Below are positions 28,227-38,895 of a stretch of DNA of 64,000 nucleotides, one piece after another. Source of the DNA: an uncultured bacterium (GTDB taxonomy: Bacteria; Verrucomicrobiota; Verrucomicrobiia; Verrucomicrobiales; DEV007). Position 1 is the first letter of the stretch. Each line of letters opens with the position of its first letter. The stretch spans positions 1 through 64,000 of the forward strand of contig CAXBMO010000019.1 of the NCBI GenBank assembly GCA_963977015.1, read 5' to 3'. The notes under the pieces are model-generated. The model was not told where the DNA came from, did no database searches, and saw nothing but the letters and a program-made list of their open reading frames with translations. The translations under genes and the position numbers were made by a program.

Positions 28227-29231
28227 GTGCTGAAAATTGGATTCGTACCACTGCAAGACTGTGCGCCTTTGGCGGTCGCACAGGAACTGGGAATGTTTGC
28301 GGCGGAAGGTCTTCGAGTCAATCTGCATCGGGAGCCGGGCTGGGCGACCATTCGCGATAAGATCATCTTTGGTGAAATTGATGCAGCGCACTCCATTGCA
28401 GGATTGGCCATTTCCATGGCCTACGGGGTGGCGGCTCCCCGGCAATCCTGCGTGACCGGGTTTCTGTTCAACACACATGGCAATGCGATCACGTTGTCGT
28501 CCGCCCTGGTGGATGCCGGGGTGCATGACGCTGCGTCTCTCGTTCGCTTTGCCGAAACCAATCGCAGGAACAAACCGGTCGTGCTCGCGGTTGTGCATTC
28601 GTTTTCCACTCACCATTTTCTGATTCACGCCTGGCTTCGCAGCGTTGCCGCAACGACCGAAAAGCCGGTTCGGCTCATTGTGCTTCCACCTCCCTTGGTC
28701 GTGAGGAATCTGGAACTTGGTCATATTGATGGATTCTGTGCCGGTGAACCCTACAACAGCCTGGCGGAGGAAAAAGGCATAGGAAAGATCGTTGCCTGGA
28801 GTCAGACCCTGGCGCCCTTTCATCCCGAAAAGGCGTTGATTGTCCGGACTGAGTTCGCCGAAAAACGGGCGGAGCAACATCTCGCGTTGATTCGTGTTTT
28901 GGACAAGGCCTGCGCCTTTTGTGATGATCCCGTCAACCGGGGAACCATCTGTGAACTCCTTTCCAGTCCGAAGTATCTGGGCATCCCTCGATCCAGCCTG
29001 GAGTATTGTCTTTCCCCGGATCGCGATCCCAAAGGGCTCAACCACATCTATCATCAACCGAACGTGAACTGTCCGAGTCTGGACAAGGCCGAATGGTTAA
29101 TCAATGAGATGGTTCAAGCCGGACTCGTGAAACCAGAGCACTTGGCGGGAGGTCCCAAACCGGCTGATATCTTCCGGGAAGATATCTACAAGGAGGCGCT
29201 TGATCTCGATTCCGTGGCAGCTGTTTCCTAG
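28227..29231 (+). CDS. Cytoplasmic NrtA/CmpA-family nitrate-binding protein (NasS-like sensor)
   Basis: LKIGFVPLQDCAPL, WATIRDKI, GNAITLS, GFCAGEP, HPEKAL; no signal peptide. Confidence 0.82.
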   Translation: MLKIGFVPLQDCAPLAVAQELGMFAAEGLRVNLHREPGWATIRDKIIFGEIDAAHSIAGLAISMAYGVAAPRQSCVTGFLFNTHGNAITLSSALVDAGVHDAASLVRFAETNRRNKPVVLAVVHSFSTHHFLIHAWLRSVAATTEKPVRLIVLPPPLVVRNLELGHIDGFCAGEPYNSLAEEKGIGKIVAWSQTLAPFHPEKALIVRTEFAEKRAEQHLALIRVLDKACAFCDDPVNRGTICELLSSPKYLGIPRSSLEYCLSPDRDPKGLNHIYHQPNVNCPSLDKAEWLINEMVQAGLVKPEHLAGGPKPADIFREDIYKEALDLDSVAAVS

Positions 29232-29388
29232 CTGTACGGAAATCACACAGGAAATGTTTCCTTTGCAACAATCCATGGCCGTTTTCGCACAGAATGAACC
29301 GCGGCGTTCCCGTAGAGTAGTGTTCATCGCATCGCGGAAATCGGGTGCATGAGAGAGGCTAAGGGGGAAGTCTCGACCATGAACCAAC

Positions 29389-29405
29389 TTCATGCTTTTC
29401 ATGAA
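29389..29405. promoter_or_regulatory. Candidate operator TTCATG-N5-CATGAA upstream of nrtA
   Basis: Same arms as 25718-25734; overlaps a second LysR-type box ATGAA-N5-TTCAT at 29379-29393. Confidence 0.6.
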
Positions 29406-29432
29406 ACGAATGAGGCCCACACATGCTTGGCT

Positions 29433-29448
29433 TGGTACAGATATCGCG
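29433..29448 (+). promoter_or_regulatory. sigma54-type promoter upstream of nrtA
   Basis: TGGTACAGATATCGCG (GG-N10-GC). Confidence 0.5.
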
Positions 29449-29538
29449 TTACCTACCGCATCAACGCGAGTCCTGACATCCCAATCCGATCGTTAGCCTG
29501 GCGGGTGAACAAGTAGATATCAATTCTCCTCAATCAGC

Positions 29539-30915
29539 ATGAAACGACAGAAATCGAAAGCCTATATCAACTACTGCAGCCTCTTCCTTTGGTTGCTTGG
29601 TGCTCCTCTTTCCGAAGCAGAAATCCTGCTCGTGGAGAAAGACACGCTCAAGTTTGGATTCATCAAACTGACGGACTGCGCACCCTTGGTCATCGCAAAA
29701 GAGAAAGGGTTCTTTGATGACGAAGGACTCAGTGTTGAGTTGGAAGCGCAGGGCAACTGGAAAGAACTGCTGAATCGTGTGATCACCGGCGATCTGGATG
29801 GCGCGCACATGCTCGCCGGCCAACCGATTGGGGCAACGGTCGGCTTTGGGACGGAGGCGCATGTCGTCACTTCCTACAGCCTGGATTACAACGGAAACGG
29901 CATCACGGTATCCAACGATATCTGGGCGCAAATGAAGCCGGGGGTGGCAAAGGACGCGGACGGGAAAGTGATTCATCCGATCACCGCAGAAGGACTGAAA
30001 CCGATCGCGGAAACCGCGAAGAACGAAGGCGCGAAGTTGAAAATGGGAATGGTGTTTCCCGTTTCCACTCACAACTACGAGTTGCGCTACTGGTTGGCGG
30101 CCGCTGGAATCAATCCGGGATTCTATTTCGATCCATCCACGGATCAACGCGATATCGCCGGGTTTCTCAATGGTGACGTTGAGCTCTCGGTGACGCCGCC
30201 ACCGCAAATGCCGCAAACCCTTGAGGCGGGAACGATCTGCGCTTACTGCGTTGGGGAGCCTTGGAACCAGCAGGCGGTGATCAAGAAGATTGGGGTTCCG
30301 GTTACGACGAACTATGATATCTGGAAGAATAATCCGGAGAAGGTCTTTGGTGTTTCCGGCGATTGGGCGAAGGAAAATCCGGAAACCTGGGTCGCGGTCA
30401 CGAAAGCCCTGATTCGGGCGGGCTACTGGTTGGACGAAAGTTGGGAGAACCGGGATGAGGCCGCAAAGATTCTCTCCAAGCCCAACTATGTAGGCGCGCC
30501 TTATGAAGTGATCAAGAACAGCATGACCGGGACATTTGAATTTGAGCCCGGTGTCGATATTCGCGAGATGCCGGACTTCAACGTCTTCTTCCGATACAAC
30601 GCATCCTACCCGTACTACAGTGACTGTGTGTGGTTTCTTACCCAGATGGTGAGATGGGGGCAGCTCACTGAGCAGAAGGAAGACGCCTGGTATGATGAAA
30701 CGGCGAAAAAGATTTACCGCCCCGATGTCTACCTCCGCGCAGTCGCGGAACTGATCGATGACGGTCAGTTTGAGGAGAGTGTTTTTGCTCCTGCGATGGA
30801 GGCATCCGAAGCCGGCGGCTACAAGCCTGCGACGACGGACTTCATCGATGGAAATGAATATGATGGAACGAAGCCGAATGAATACATCGAGAGCTTCGAG
30901 ATCGGTCTCAAATAA
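29539..30915 (+). CDS. nrtA: Nitrate/nitrite ABC transporter substrate-binding protein
   Basis: Signal peptide; [50 protein letters not shown]. Confidence 0.9.
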   Translation: MKRQKSKAYINYCSLFLWLLGAPLSEAEILLVEKDTLKFGFIKLTDCAPLVIAKEKGFFDDEGLSVELEAQGNWKELLNRVITGDLDGAHMLAGQPIGATVGFGTEAHVVTSYSLDYNGNGITVSNDIWAQMKPGVAKDADGKVIHPITAEGLKPIAETAKNEGAKLKMGMVFPVSTHNYELRYWLAAAGINPGFYFDPSTDQRDIAGFLNGDVELSVTPPPQMPQTLEAGTICAYCVGEPWNQQAVIKKIGVPVTTNYDIWKNNPEKVFGVSGDWAKENPETWVAVTKALIRAGYWLDESWENRDEAAKILSKPNYVGAPYEVIKNSMTGTFEFEPGVDIREMPDFNVFFRYNASYPYYSDCVWFLTQMVRWGQLTEQKEDAWYDETAKKIYRPDVYLRAVAELIDDGQFEESVFAPAMEASEAGGYKPATTDFIDGNEYDGTKPNEYIESFEIGLK

Positions 30916-30944
30916 TTAAAGAAAATTGCTAGTATATCCTTGTA

Positions 30945-30982
30945 GAGACCGGGGGTGGGGTTGCCTCCCGCTCCTGGTTTCT
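30945..30982 (+). other. GU-rich stem-loop between nrtA and nrtB (possible mRNA stabiliser or attenuator)
   Basis: GAGACCGGGGGTGGGG pairs with CTCCCGCTCCTGGTTTC. Confidence 0.45.
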
Positions 30983-31008
30983 CTCGGAACAACCATTGAT
31001 CCAAGCTT

Positions 31009-32154
31009 ATGAGCGCTGCTGTAGATACTGCTCCTGTTGTCAAATCCGAGTCGACTCCACCGAAGTCTCGTTTTGTGTATAATCCCAACAAGGCCGCCCA
31101 CGCGCTGGAACGGTTGGGGTTGGGATACTTCAGTCCCTTTGCACGCCTGATTGGCCGGGATGAGCCGCAAAAGCAGATTCGCGCCATAACGATCAACACC
31201 GTCTTGCCGGTGGTCGCCATTCTCATCTTTGTGGCGCTGTGGCAGGTGAGCTCTCAGGTGGTCGTTACGGACAGCACCAAGATTCCAAGCCCGGTCGAAA
31301 CCTGGCAGGCCTGGGAGGGCATGGTGGAGTTTGCGGCCGCGGAAAGGGAGAAGGAAGCGGAATACTATGTGAAGCAGGAAGAGCGGGTCGCGTCCTTCCA
31401 GGAGAAGGCAAAAGAAGCGGCCGCTGCCGGAGAGTCAGAAAAAGCGGAGCGTTATTCGGAGATGGCGGTTCGATTCGGGGACAAGCCGTTCATCGGTTCC
31501 CCCACGTTTTTTGATCAGATTGGAATCAGCCTGATTACGATTGCGATTGGCTTCGTCCTTGCCTCCGCCATCGCCATTCCCTTTGGGATTCTCTGCGGAC
31601 TCTCGCCGGGATTCAACATTGCGGTGAACTCGCTGGTCCAGCTCTTTAAGCCGGTTTCGCCACTTGCGTGGTTTCCGATCGTATTCGTCTTCACGACCTG
31701 GGGGATCGATCAGCCATCGTCGACCAGTATTTGGCAGCGTGCCCTGTTCACCTCAGCCGGGGTGGTGACGCTGTGCTCGCTCTGGCCAACCCTTGTCAAT
31801 ACCGCCGTTGGGGTTGCGGCCGTGGACAAGGATCATATGAATGTGGCGAAGGTGCTCAAGCTGGGCTGGATCAAGCGAATCTGGAAGATCGTCCTGCCTT
31901 CCGCGCTACCGCTGATTTTTACCGGGCTTCGTCTCTCGATTGGAGTGGGCTGGATGGTGCTGATCGCGGCGGATATGATGGCGCAGAATCAGGGCCTCGG
32001 GAAGTTTGTCTGGGACATGTATCAGAATGGGGACACCCAAAGCACCGCCCAGATCATCGTCGCCGTCTTCTTTATTGGAGGCATCGGGTTTCTGCTCGAC
32101 CGGATCATGTTGGTCTTTCAGCGGATGGTCACTTTTGAAGAGCAAAACGTTTAA
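31009..32154 (+). CDS. nrtB: Nitrate ABC transporter permease
   Basis: KPVSPLAWFP, LWPTLVNTAVGV, IFTGLRLSIGVGWMVLIAA. Confidence 0.9.
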   Translation: MSAAVDTAPVVKSESTPPKSRFVYNPNKAAHALERLGLGYFSPFARLIGRDEPQKQIRAITINTVLPVVAILIFVALWQVSSQVVVTDSTKIPSPVETWQAWEGMVEFAAAEREKEAEYYVKQEERVASFQEKAKEAAAAGESEKAERYSEMAVRFGDKPFIGSPTFFDQIGISLITIAIGFVLASAIAIPFGILCGLSPGFNIAVNSLVQLFKPVSPLAWFPIVFVFTTWGIDQPSSTSIWQRALFTSAGVVTLCSLWPTLVNTAVGVAAVDKDHMNVAKVLKLGWIKRIWKIVLPSALPLIFTGLRLSIGVGWMVLIAADMMAQNQGLGKFVWDMYQNGDTQSTAQIIVAVFFIGGIGFLLDRIMLVFQRMVTFEEQNV

Positions 32155-32164
32155 CGCACGAATC

Positions 32165-33064
32165 ATGGCCTTTATTGAATTCAACAATGTGAGCGTCGGT
32201 TTCGGCTCGGGCACCGCCCGGACCGAGGTGCTCAAAGACGTCAACCTCTCCGTCGAAGAAGGGGAGTTTATCGCGATCCTCGGATTTTCCGGGAGTGGCA
32301 AGACGACCTTCATGAATCTCATCGCGGGACTGTTGAAGCCCGACTCCGGTGAAGTTCTGGTCGAAAGAAAAGCTGTCGATGGACCAAGCCCGGAACGTGG
32401 ACTGGTGTTTCAGAACTACTCCCTGCTTCCGTGGCTGAATGTCTACAACAACGTGGGTCTCGCGGTCGACCAGATTTTTGGGGATGAATCAGAGGCCGAA
32501 AAGCGGGAAAGGATTCTCAAGTCCATCGACCGGGTGAACCTGAGCAATGCCCTGCATAAGAAGCCGGGAGAGCTTTCCGGAGGAATGCGGCAGCGGAACT
32601 CGGTTGCCCGGACGCTTTCTGCCTCTCCCCGGATTCTCCTGCTGGATGAGCCGTTGAGTGCGCTGGATGCCTTGACCAGAAGTGTGATTCAGGATCAGAT
32701 CCTTGAGATTTGGAAGCAGGAAGGGCAAACCGTTATCCTCATCACCAACGATGTCGATGAGGGGATCTACATGGCGGATCGGGTCATTCCGATGACGGTG
32801 GGCCCGGCGGCCACGTTGGGACCGGAAACGGAGGTCAACGCCTCCCGTCCGAGGGACCGGCGAGCCATCACGATCGAGCCGGAGTTCATCAAGATGCGCA
32901 ACGCGGTCATCAACTTTTTATTGGAAGAGAAGAAGGCGGAACTGGGTCGTGAGCCAGTCAAGCCGGTGTCGCTGCCCAACATCAGGCCGCTGGATATCAG
33001 TCGCTCCCGGCCGAGCAAGTATCTCGGCCTTCGTCCCAAGAAAAAGAAGGTTCTAGCCAGCTAA
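32165..33064 (+). CDS. nrtC: Nitrate ABC transporter ATP-binding protein (short form)
   Basis: GFSGSGKTT, FQNYSLLPW, LSGGMRQR, LLLDEP; start MAFIEF. Confidence 0.88.
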   Translation: MAFIEFNNVSVGFGSGTARTEVLKDVNLSVEEGEFIAILGFSGSGKTTFMNLIAGLLKPDSGEVLVERKAVDGPSPERGLVFQNYSLLPWLNVYNNVGLAVDQIFGDESEAEKRERILKSIDRVNLSNALHKKPGELSGGMRQRNSVARTLSASPRILLLDEPLSALDALTRSVIQDQILEIWKQEGQTVILITNDVDEGIYMADRVIPMTVGPAATLGPETEVNASRPRDRRAITIEPEFIKMRNAVINFLLEEKKAELGREPVKPVSLPNIRPLDISRSRPSKYLGLRPKKKKVLAS

Positions 33065-33070
33065 ATTATT

Positions 33071-33865
33071 ATGTCCTACTTCGAAACTATCAGCCTGGGG
33101 AAGACCTACAAGACACCCAACGGAGACGCCGTGATCGTTCGGGATTTTAATCTCAAGATCCGCAAAGGTGAGTTCGTTTGTGTCATTGGACACTCCGGGT
33201 GCGGAAAATCGACCGTGCTTTCAATGGTCGCGGGTCTGAACGAGATCACCGATGGATCGGTCATTCTGGACGGTCACGAGATTGAAGGCGCGGCACCGGA
33301 TCGCGGGGTGGTCTTTCAGTCGCCATGCCTGCTTCCCTGGATGACGGCCTGGGACAATGTCAGGCTCGGTGTCGAGCAGGTCTACTATCATGCGACGGCA
33401 AAGGAGCGGAATCAGATCATCGAGTATTACCTCACCGTCGTTGGTCTCGGCAAGTCGATGCACAAACGCCCCAGCGAACTCTCCAGCGGGATGCGCCAAC
33501 GGGTTGGTCTCGCCCGTGCCTTTGCCCTTTCACCCAAGATGCTCCTTCTGGATGAGCCGTTTGGGATGCTGGACAAGCTCACCAAGTTCGAGCTGCAACA
33601 GGTGTTGCTCGATCTCTGGAACCGGGAGCGCCTCACCGCCATGATGATTACGCATGACGTGGATGAAGCCATCTACCTGGCGGATCGCATCGTGATGATG
33701 ACGGAAGGTCCGGCGGCGACGATTGGCAAAGTGGTGGAGATCAAATTCGACCGCCCTCGCGATCGCAAGGAGATCATGGAAACGGACCAATACTATGTCT
33801 ATCGCGACGAGATCATCCGTTTCCTGGAAGGGGATGGTCATGAGGGAACGGTAAAGGCGGCTTAA
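33071..33865 (+). CDS. nrtD: Nitrate ABC transporter ATP-binding protein
   Basis: [33 protein letters not shown]. Confidence 0.88.
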   Translation: MSYFETISLGKTYKTPNGDAVIVRDFNLKIRKGEFVCVIGHSGCGKSTVLSMVAGLNEITDGSVILDGHEIEGAAPDRGVVFQSPCLLPWMTAWDNVRLGVEQVYYHATAKERNQIIEYYLTVVGLGKSMHKRPSELSSGMRQRVGLARAFALSPKMLLLDEPFGMLDKLTKFELQQVLLDLWNRERLTAMMITHDVDEAIYLADRIVMMTEGPAATIGKVVEIKFDRPRDRKEIMETDQYYVYRDEIIRFLEGDGHEGTVKAA

Positions 33866-33885
33866 CACTTTAAGAACATCGGACG

Positions 33886-35628
33886 ATGAGCCAATCTCCA
33901 ATCTTACCAGAATCAGCACCGTTCACCCCTGAGCAGCGGACCTGGCTCAATGGGTACTTGGCGGCACTCTATGCAACGCCGGCGACTCCCGAGGCGGTCG
34001 CGCCTTCCGGCCCTCCGATTACCATTTTCTGGGGCAGCCAGTCAGGAAATGCGGAAGGCCTTGCCGAAGCGTTTGGGGAACAACTTCAGGGGCGAGGATT
34101 CAAGCCTTCCGTCCTCAGTATGGAAGACTTTTCGTCCGTGGACCTCACGTCCCTGGAGCACCTGTTGGTGATTTCCAGCACCTGGGGCGAGGGAGATCCT
34201 CCGGACAACGCGGTCGAGTTTTGGGAGTATCTTTCCTCGGACGAAGTGCCTCAGCTTCCGAACCTGAAGTTTTCCGTGTTGGGGCTCGGGGATACCAACT
34301 ATCTGGACTTTTGCGCGATGGGAAAACTGTTTGATGCGCGTCTGGAGGCGCTGGGAGCGAACCGCTTCGCTCAGCGAGGGGATTGTGACGTCGATTTTGA
34401 AGAATCGGCGGAAGCCTGGTTCAGTGGAGTTCTCGCGAACCTGGGCAACGTGGAAACCGCGAGCCCGACTCCAACGGAAGCCGGCAACGTGGCGGTCGCG
34501 GAATCCTGGTCCAAGAATCAACCGTTTCCAGCCCGGCTAACCCGAAACCTCGCTCTCAACGGCCCGGCGTCAGCAAGGGATACGCGTCATTTTGAGATCG
34601 CGTTGGGCGATTCCGGCCTGGAATACGAAGTGGGGGATGTCCTCGGAGTTTTTGCGAAGAATTGTCCCGAGTTGGTTCAAGACCTGTTGGCGGTTCTGGG
34701 GTTGGATGGGGACGACGAGGTGCCGGATCCTGACGGGAACTCCGTTTCGCTGCGCCTGGCCCTTCAGGACCACTATTCGATCACGACGCCTGCGCGAAAG
34801 TTTCTCACCGCGTTCGCCACGCGCACGAAGAGCGACAAGCTCGCGGGGCTCCTGCAGCCCGAAGCCAAGCAGGAACTGGCTGACTATCTGTGGGGCCGGG
34901 AGATGATCGATCTTCTCCAGGAATTTCCCGATCACGGTTTTACGGCCTCGGAGTTTGTGGCCGTGCTCGGGAAGCTGACGCCGCGACTCTATTCCATCGC
35001 GTCGAGTCCGAAGGCGCATCCCGGTGAGGTGCATCTGACGGTTGCGCGGGTTGCCTACGAAAGCCACGGCCGCGCCCGAAAGGGAGTCGCATCGACCTGG
35101 CTGTCGGATCGCGTCGCTCCGGAAGACGAAGTGCCGGTCTTCTTCCAGGTTGCAAAGCATTTCAAGCTTCCGTCGGACCCGGCAACCGATGTGATCATGG
35201 TGGGACCCGGAACCGGGATTGCTCCCTTTCGCGCCTTTCTCGAGGAACGGCAGGCGATCGACGCGCCCGGAAAAAACTGGCTCTTCTTTGGGAACCCCCA
35301 TCGCGAGACGGATTTTCTCTATGAGGATCAGCTTTCGGAGATGAGCAAGGAGGGCGTGCTGAATCGCCTGGATACGGCCTGGTCACGTGATCAGGCTGAG
35401 AAGATCTACGTTCAGGATTTGATGCAGCAGAATGCGGCCTTGCTTTGGGAGTGGATCGAGGGAGGTGCGCATTTCTATGTCTGTGGGGATGCGAAACGGA
35501 TGGCCAAGGATGTCGATGCGGCTCTTCATGCCGCTATCGCAGTGCAGGGCGGTCACGGGGAGGAAGGTGCCGCAGAATACGTTTCCAGGATGAAGAAGGA
35601 AAAACGCTATCAACGTGACGTCTACTAA
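33886..35628 (+). CDS. CysJ-like NADPH diflavin reductase (flavodoxin + FAD + NADPH domains)
   Basis: GSQSGNAE, STWGEGDPPDNA, LGLGDTNY..FC, PRLYSIASS, GPGTGIAPFR, YVCGDA, RYQRDVY. Confidence 0.92.
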   Translation: MSQSPILPESAPFTPEQRTWLNGYLAALYATPATPEAVAPSGPPITIFWGSQSGNAEGLAEAFGEQLQGRGFKPSVLSMEDFSSVDLTSLEHLLVISSTWGEGDPPDNAVEFWEYLSSDEVPQLPNLKFSVLGLGDTNYLDFCAMGKLFDARLEALGANRFAQRGDCDVDFEESAEAWFSGVLANLGNVETASPTPTEAGNVAVAESWSKNQPFPARLTRNLALNGPASARDTRHFEIALGDSGLEYEVGDVLGVFAKNCPELVQDLLAVLGLDGDDEVPDPDGNSVSLRLALQDHYSITTPARKFLTAFATRTKSDKLAGLLQPEAKQELADYLWGREMIDLLQEFPDHGFTASEFVAVLGKLTPRLYSIASSPKAHPGEVHLTVARVAYESHGRARKGVASTWLSDRVAPEDEVPVFFQVAKHFKLPSDPATDVIMVGPGTGIAPFRAFLEERQAIDAPGKNWLFFGNPHRETDFLYEDQLSEMSKEGVLNRLDTAWSRDQAEKIYVQDLMQQNAALLWEWIEGGAHFYVCGDAKRMAKDVDAALHAAIAVQGGHGEEGAAEYVSRMKKEKRYQRDVY

Positions 35629-35629
35629 C

Positions 35630-37408
35630 ATGAATATAGTTCCGAATACGATCAATGGAAAAGCCATCACGCTCGAACAAGAGAGCTACCTCGGTGGCTT
35701 CTTTCAAGGGCTGAACAACCGCGGGATGACCTTTGCCGATGCGGAGCCCGAAGCCGGGCCACAACCTCAGGCCAAGAAGGAAAAGCTGACGGCGGAAGAG
35801 AAGATCAAGCGGGAGCTTGACCCCTTTGATGCGCTGGAAGAATTGCGTCGCAAGGCCAAGGACAACACCGAGCCGGCCAAGGAAGACATCTTTCGATTCA
35901 AATGGAATGGTCTGTTCTGGTTGGCGCCCGTTCACCAGGGCTACATGTGCCGGTTGCGCATTCCCGGCGGCGTGGTGAGTTCCTCCCAAGTTCGCGAATT
36001 GGCATCGATCGCCGATGATATCGCCTGGGGCTATCTTCAGATCACGACCCGCAACAATTTCCAGGTTCGGGTCATCCAACCGAAGGATACGCCCGAACTT
36101 CTCCGGCGAATCCAGGATTGCGGCCTGCACTCTCGCGGTTCGGGCGCGGACAACCTGCGCAATTTCACGGCAACCCCAACTTCGGGCTACGATCCCTATG
36201 AATTGGTGGATGTGATGCCGTTGATCAAGGATCTCGCGCATTATATTATCAACCAATCGGAGTTCTACGATCTCCCGAGAAAATTCAACATTTCTTATGA
36301 TAGTGGGGGGCTTGTCGGGGTGGCGGAAGATACCAATGATATCGGCCTGCGCGCGATTCGGATCAAGGAACCGCCGGAGGGTCACCCGATGCATCAGAAA
36401 CTGAAGGCTGGAGTCTATTTCCAGATTTTCCTGGGGGGAGTCACCGGTCATCAGGAGTTTGCCGAAGACAGTGGGGCGTTGTGTCGTCCGGAGGATGCCA
36501 CAGAGGTGGTTAGTGCGCTGACCCGGGTCTATCTCCGGAATGGAGATCGCAGCAGTCGGGGCAAGTCCCGCCTCATCTATCTGTTGAAGAACTGGGGATT
36601 TGAGAAGTTTCTCGATGAAACGGAGAAGCTCCTCAACGGCACGATGCTGCGTGGTGACTTAAAGGATCTCATTGAACCCCGGGAGGTGCCGTCGGTTCCT
36701 CATCCTCACATTGGGGCGCTTCCCCAGAAGCAGGACGGGCTCAGCTGGCTGGGTGTCTATATTCCGGTCGGCATGTTGCAGAGCGATGAAGCTCGGGCAA
36801 TCGCCGACGTCGCGGAAGAATTCGGGACTGGCGAGATGCGCCTGACGATTTTCCAGAATCTGATGATCCCCAATATTCCGACCGAGAAACTGGAGGCGGC
36901 GAAGGCCCGGTTGGCGGAAGCGGGGCTCGGTTGCGAAGCCAGTTATATCCGCGGAGGCGTTGCCGCTTGCACCGGAAATCGATACTGCAAGTTTGCCAGC
37001 TCGGACACGAAAGGCAATGCGATCGGATTGGTCGAGCACCTCGAGAGCCGGTTGACGCTCGATCAGCCGCTGAATATTCACGTCACCGGGTGCCCGCATT
37101 CCTGTGCCCAACATTATATCGGCGATATCGGTCTCCTCGCTTGCAAAGTCAAAGTCGAGGGCCAGCCGGATCCCGTCGAAGGTTATCATGTCTTCGTCGG
37201 GGGCGGTTTTGGCGCCGAGAAGAAGCGGCTTGGGCGACAGCTTTTCAAGAGCGTTCCCGCCGGCCCGGTCCTCAATCAAAAGATCGAGGCCCTGCTTCGT
37301 GGGTATTTGGAACAACGGGAGTCCAACGAGTCGTTCCTCGAATTCACGACCCGGCATGAGATCGAGGCGCTGGAAGCGCTGACGTTGGGTCAACCCAGTG
37401 CGGTATGA
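35630..37408 (+). CDS. nirA: Siroheme/[4Fe-4S] nitrite reductase (ferredoxin type)
   Basis: FRFKWNGLF, ITTRNNFQ, GADNLRN, LPRKFNI, ACTGNRYC, TGCPHSCAQH; nitrate cluster context. Confidence 0.88.
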   Translation: MNIVPNTINGKAITLEQESYLGGFFQGLNNRGMTFADAEPEAGPQPQAKKEKLTAEEKIKRELDPFDALEELRRKAKDNTEPAKEDIFRFKWNGLFWLAPVHQGYMCRLRIPGGVVSSSQVRELASIADDIAWGYLQITTRNNFQVRVIQPKDTPELLRRIQDCGLHSRGSGADNLRNFTATPTSGYDPYELVDVMPLIKDLAHYIINQSEFYDLPRKFNISYDSGGLVGVAEDTNDIGLRAIRIKEPPEGHPMHQKLKAGVYFQIFLGGVTGHQEFAEDSGALCRPEDATEVVSALTRVYLRNGDRSSRGKSRLIYLLKNWGFEKFLDETEKLLNGTMLRGDLKDLIEPREVPSVPHPHIGALPQKQDGLSWLGVYIPVGMLQSDEARAIADVAEEFGTGEMRLTIFQNLMIPNIPTEKLEAAKARLAEAGLGCEASYIRGGVAACTGNRYCKFASSDTKGNAIGLVEHLESRLTLDQPLNIHVTGCPHSCAQHYIGDIGLLACKVKVEGQPDPVEGYHVFVGGGFGAEKKRLGRQLFKSVPAGPVLNQKIEALLRGYLEQRESNESFLEFTTRHEIEALEALTLGQPSAV

Positions 37409-38895
37409 ACCAGGCCGCTCCGACACTGATTGATGAGCTGATTGAGCAGCAGCATCGTCTGACTGCTGTGGAGCGATTTTCTCAGCGTCACGAAGCCGCC
37501 GAAACGCCGGTTCAATCGCGCTACTACCAGGATCTGATTCCGCTCAGCAAGCCCGGCGTGGGCGAGCAGTATGCCTTTGAAGTCGATCTTGACGGGTGCA
37601 GCGGTTGCAAGGCCTGCGTCAGTGCCTGTCATAGCCTGAACGGGTTGGACGAGGGAGAGTCCTGGCGAGATGTCGGGTCGCTGTTGGCGAAAGAGGTTGC
37701 AGCCCCCACTCAGCAGACGGTGACCACCGCCTGTCATCATTGCGTGGATCCGGCCTGCGCCAACGGATGTCCCACGATGGCGTATCATAAGGATCCGGAC
37801 ACGGGGATTGTGCGCCATCTCGACGACCAATGCATCGGGTGTCGCTATTGCGAACTGAAATGCCCTTACGAAGTCCCCAAGTTCAACGAGCGGCTCGGAA
37901 TCGTGCGCAAGTGCGACATGTGTCAGTCGCGCCTGGCGGTGGGGGAGGCGCCGGCCTGCGTTCAGGCTTGTCCGAACGAGGCGATTCGCATTCGGGTCGT
38001 GTCGAAGGACGAGGTTGCGAAGGAGGCCGTTCCGACTTCCCGCCTGTTGCCCGGAACCGTCACCTCCGACTATACCCAGCCGACAACCCGCTACCGGAAC
38101 CTCCGAAACGAAACGACTTCCTCTCCTTCCGATGAACGGACGATTCATCCGGCTCATGGACATTTTCCATTGGTTTGGATGCTGGTCCTGACTCAGATTG
38201 GCGCGGGCATGACCGTTGGTGATGTTCTGACGCGTTCGCTTCAGGCGGGAGCCGGAGTGTCGTGGTCGTCTCTGGCCCTCGCGGTGGTTATCTCCTTTGC
38301 CGGCCTTGCGGGGAGCGTGCTTCACCTGGGGCGTCCGCTTCAAGCCTGGCGCGCCTTTCTCGGGTGGCGAACGTCATGGCTCAGTCGCGAAATTTTGGTC
38401 TTTGGCGGATGGTCCTCCGCCTTGATGCTCTATCTTGCGGCCGTCCTGTTCGGCAAATGGCCTCTGCTGACCCTGGGGATTGGTGGTGGCGCGGCCGTCG
38501 CCGGAGTTCTCGGCATTTTTACCTCCGTGATGGTCTACGCAGATACGAGAAGGAAGTTTTGGGCACTGCCGCTGACCTTGTTTCGTTTCTACGCGACCGC
38601 GCTGGCTGCGGGGCTTCTGGTCTCTCCGTTGCCGTATCTCGCGCTGGTGGCAATCGCGGGCCTGTTGGCGTATGACGGCGCGATCTATTTCGGAGCGTTC
38701 CCAAATTTTGAGAACCAGCGCCATCTCATGCAGGGGGTGCTGAAGAAAGTGACGATCGCTCGTCTGGCGCTTGGGGTAACCGCAATGCTGTTCATTGGAA
38801 TGCCGTTGCTGGCCTTGGGAGTGTTTCTCGTTTCGGAATTGGCCGGACGATCGTTGTTTTTCAGAGCTGTTGACGAACCCGGGATGCCAGGATGA
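37405..38895 (+). CDS. Fused DmsB-like 4x[4Fe-4S] protein and DmsC-like membrane anchor
   Basis: [41 protein letters not shown]...PACVQACP; then ~8 TMs with HLGRP...SWLSRE. Confidence 0.88.
   Translation: MNQAAPTLIDELIEQQHRLTAVERFSQRHEAAETPVQSRYYQDLIPLSKPGVGEQYAFEVDLDGCSGCKACVSACHSLNGLDEGESWRDVGSLLAKEVAAPTQQTVTTACHHCVDPACANGCPTMAYHKDPDTGIVRHLDDQCIGCRYCELKCPYEVPKFNERLGIVRKCDMCQSRLAVGEAPACVQACPNEAIRIRVVSKDEVAKEAVPTSRLLPGTVTSDYTQPTTRYRNLRNETTSSPSDERTIHPAHGHFPLVWMLVLTQIGAGMTVGDVLTRSLQAGAGVSWSSLALAVVISFAGLAGSVLHLGRPLQAWRAFLGWRTSWLSREILVFGGWSSALMLYLAAVLFGKWPLLTLGIGGGAAVAGVLGIFTSVMVYADTRRKFWALPLTLFRFYATALAAGLLVSPLPYLALVAIAGLLAYDGAIYFGAFPNFENQRHLMQGVLKKVTIARLALGVTAMLFIGMPLLALGVFLVSELAGRSLFFRAVDEPGMPG

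Noticed and set aside
29232-29538. ANTAR dual-hairpin or riboswitch in the nrtA leader
   Set aside because: No twin hexaloop hairpins or terminator recognised by eye; an Rfam scan would be needed to exclude it
33886-37408. Sulfite reductase CysJI for cysteine synthesis
   Set aside because: Embedded between nrtABCD and nasA with no cysH/cysDN; nitrite reduction is more parsimonious, though substrate is unproven
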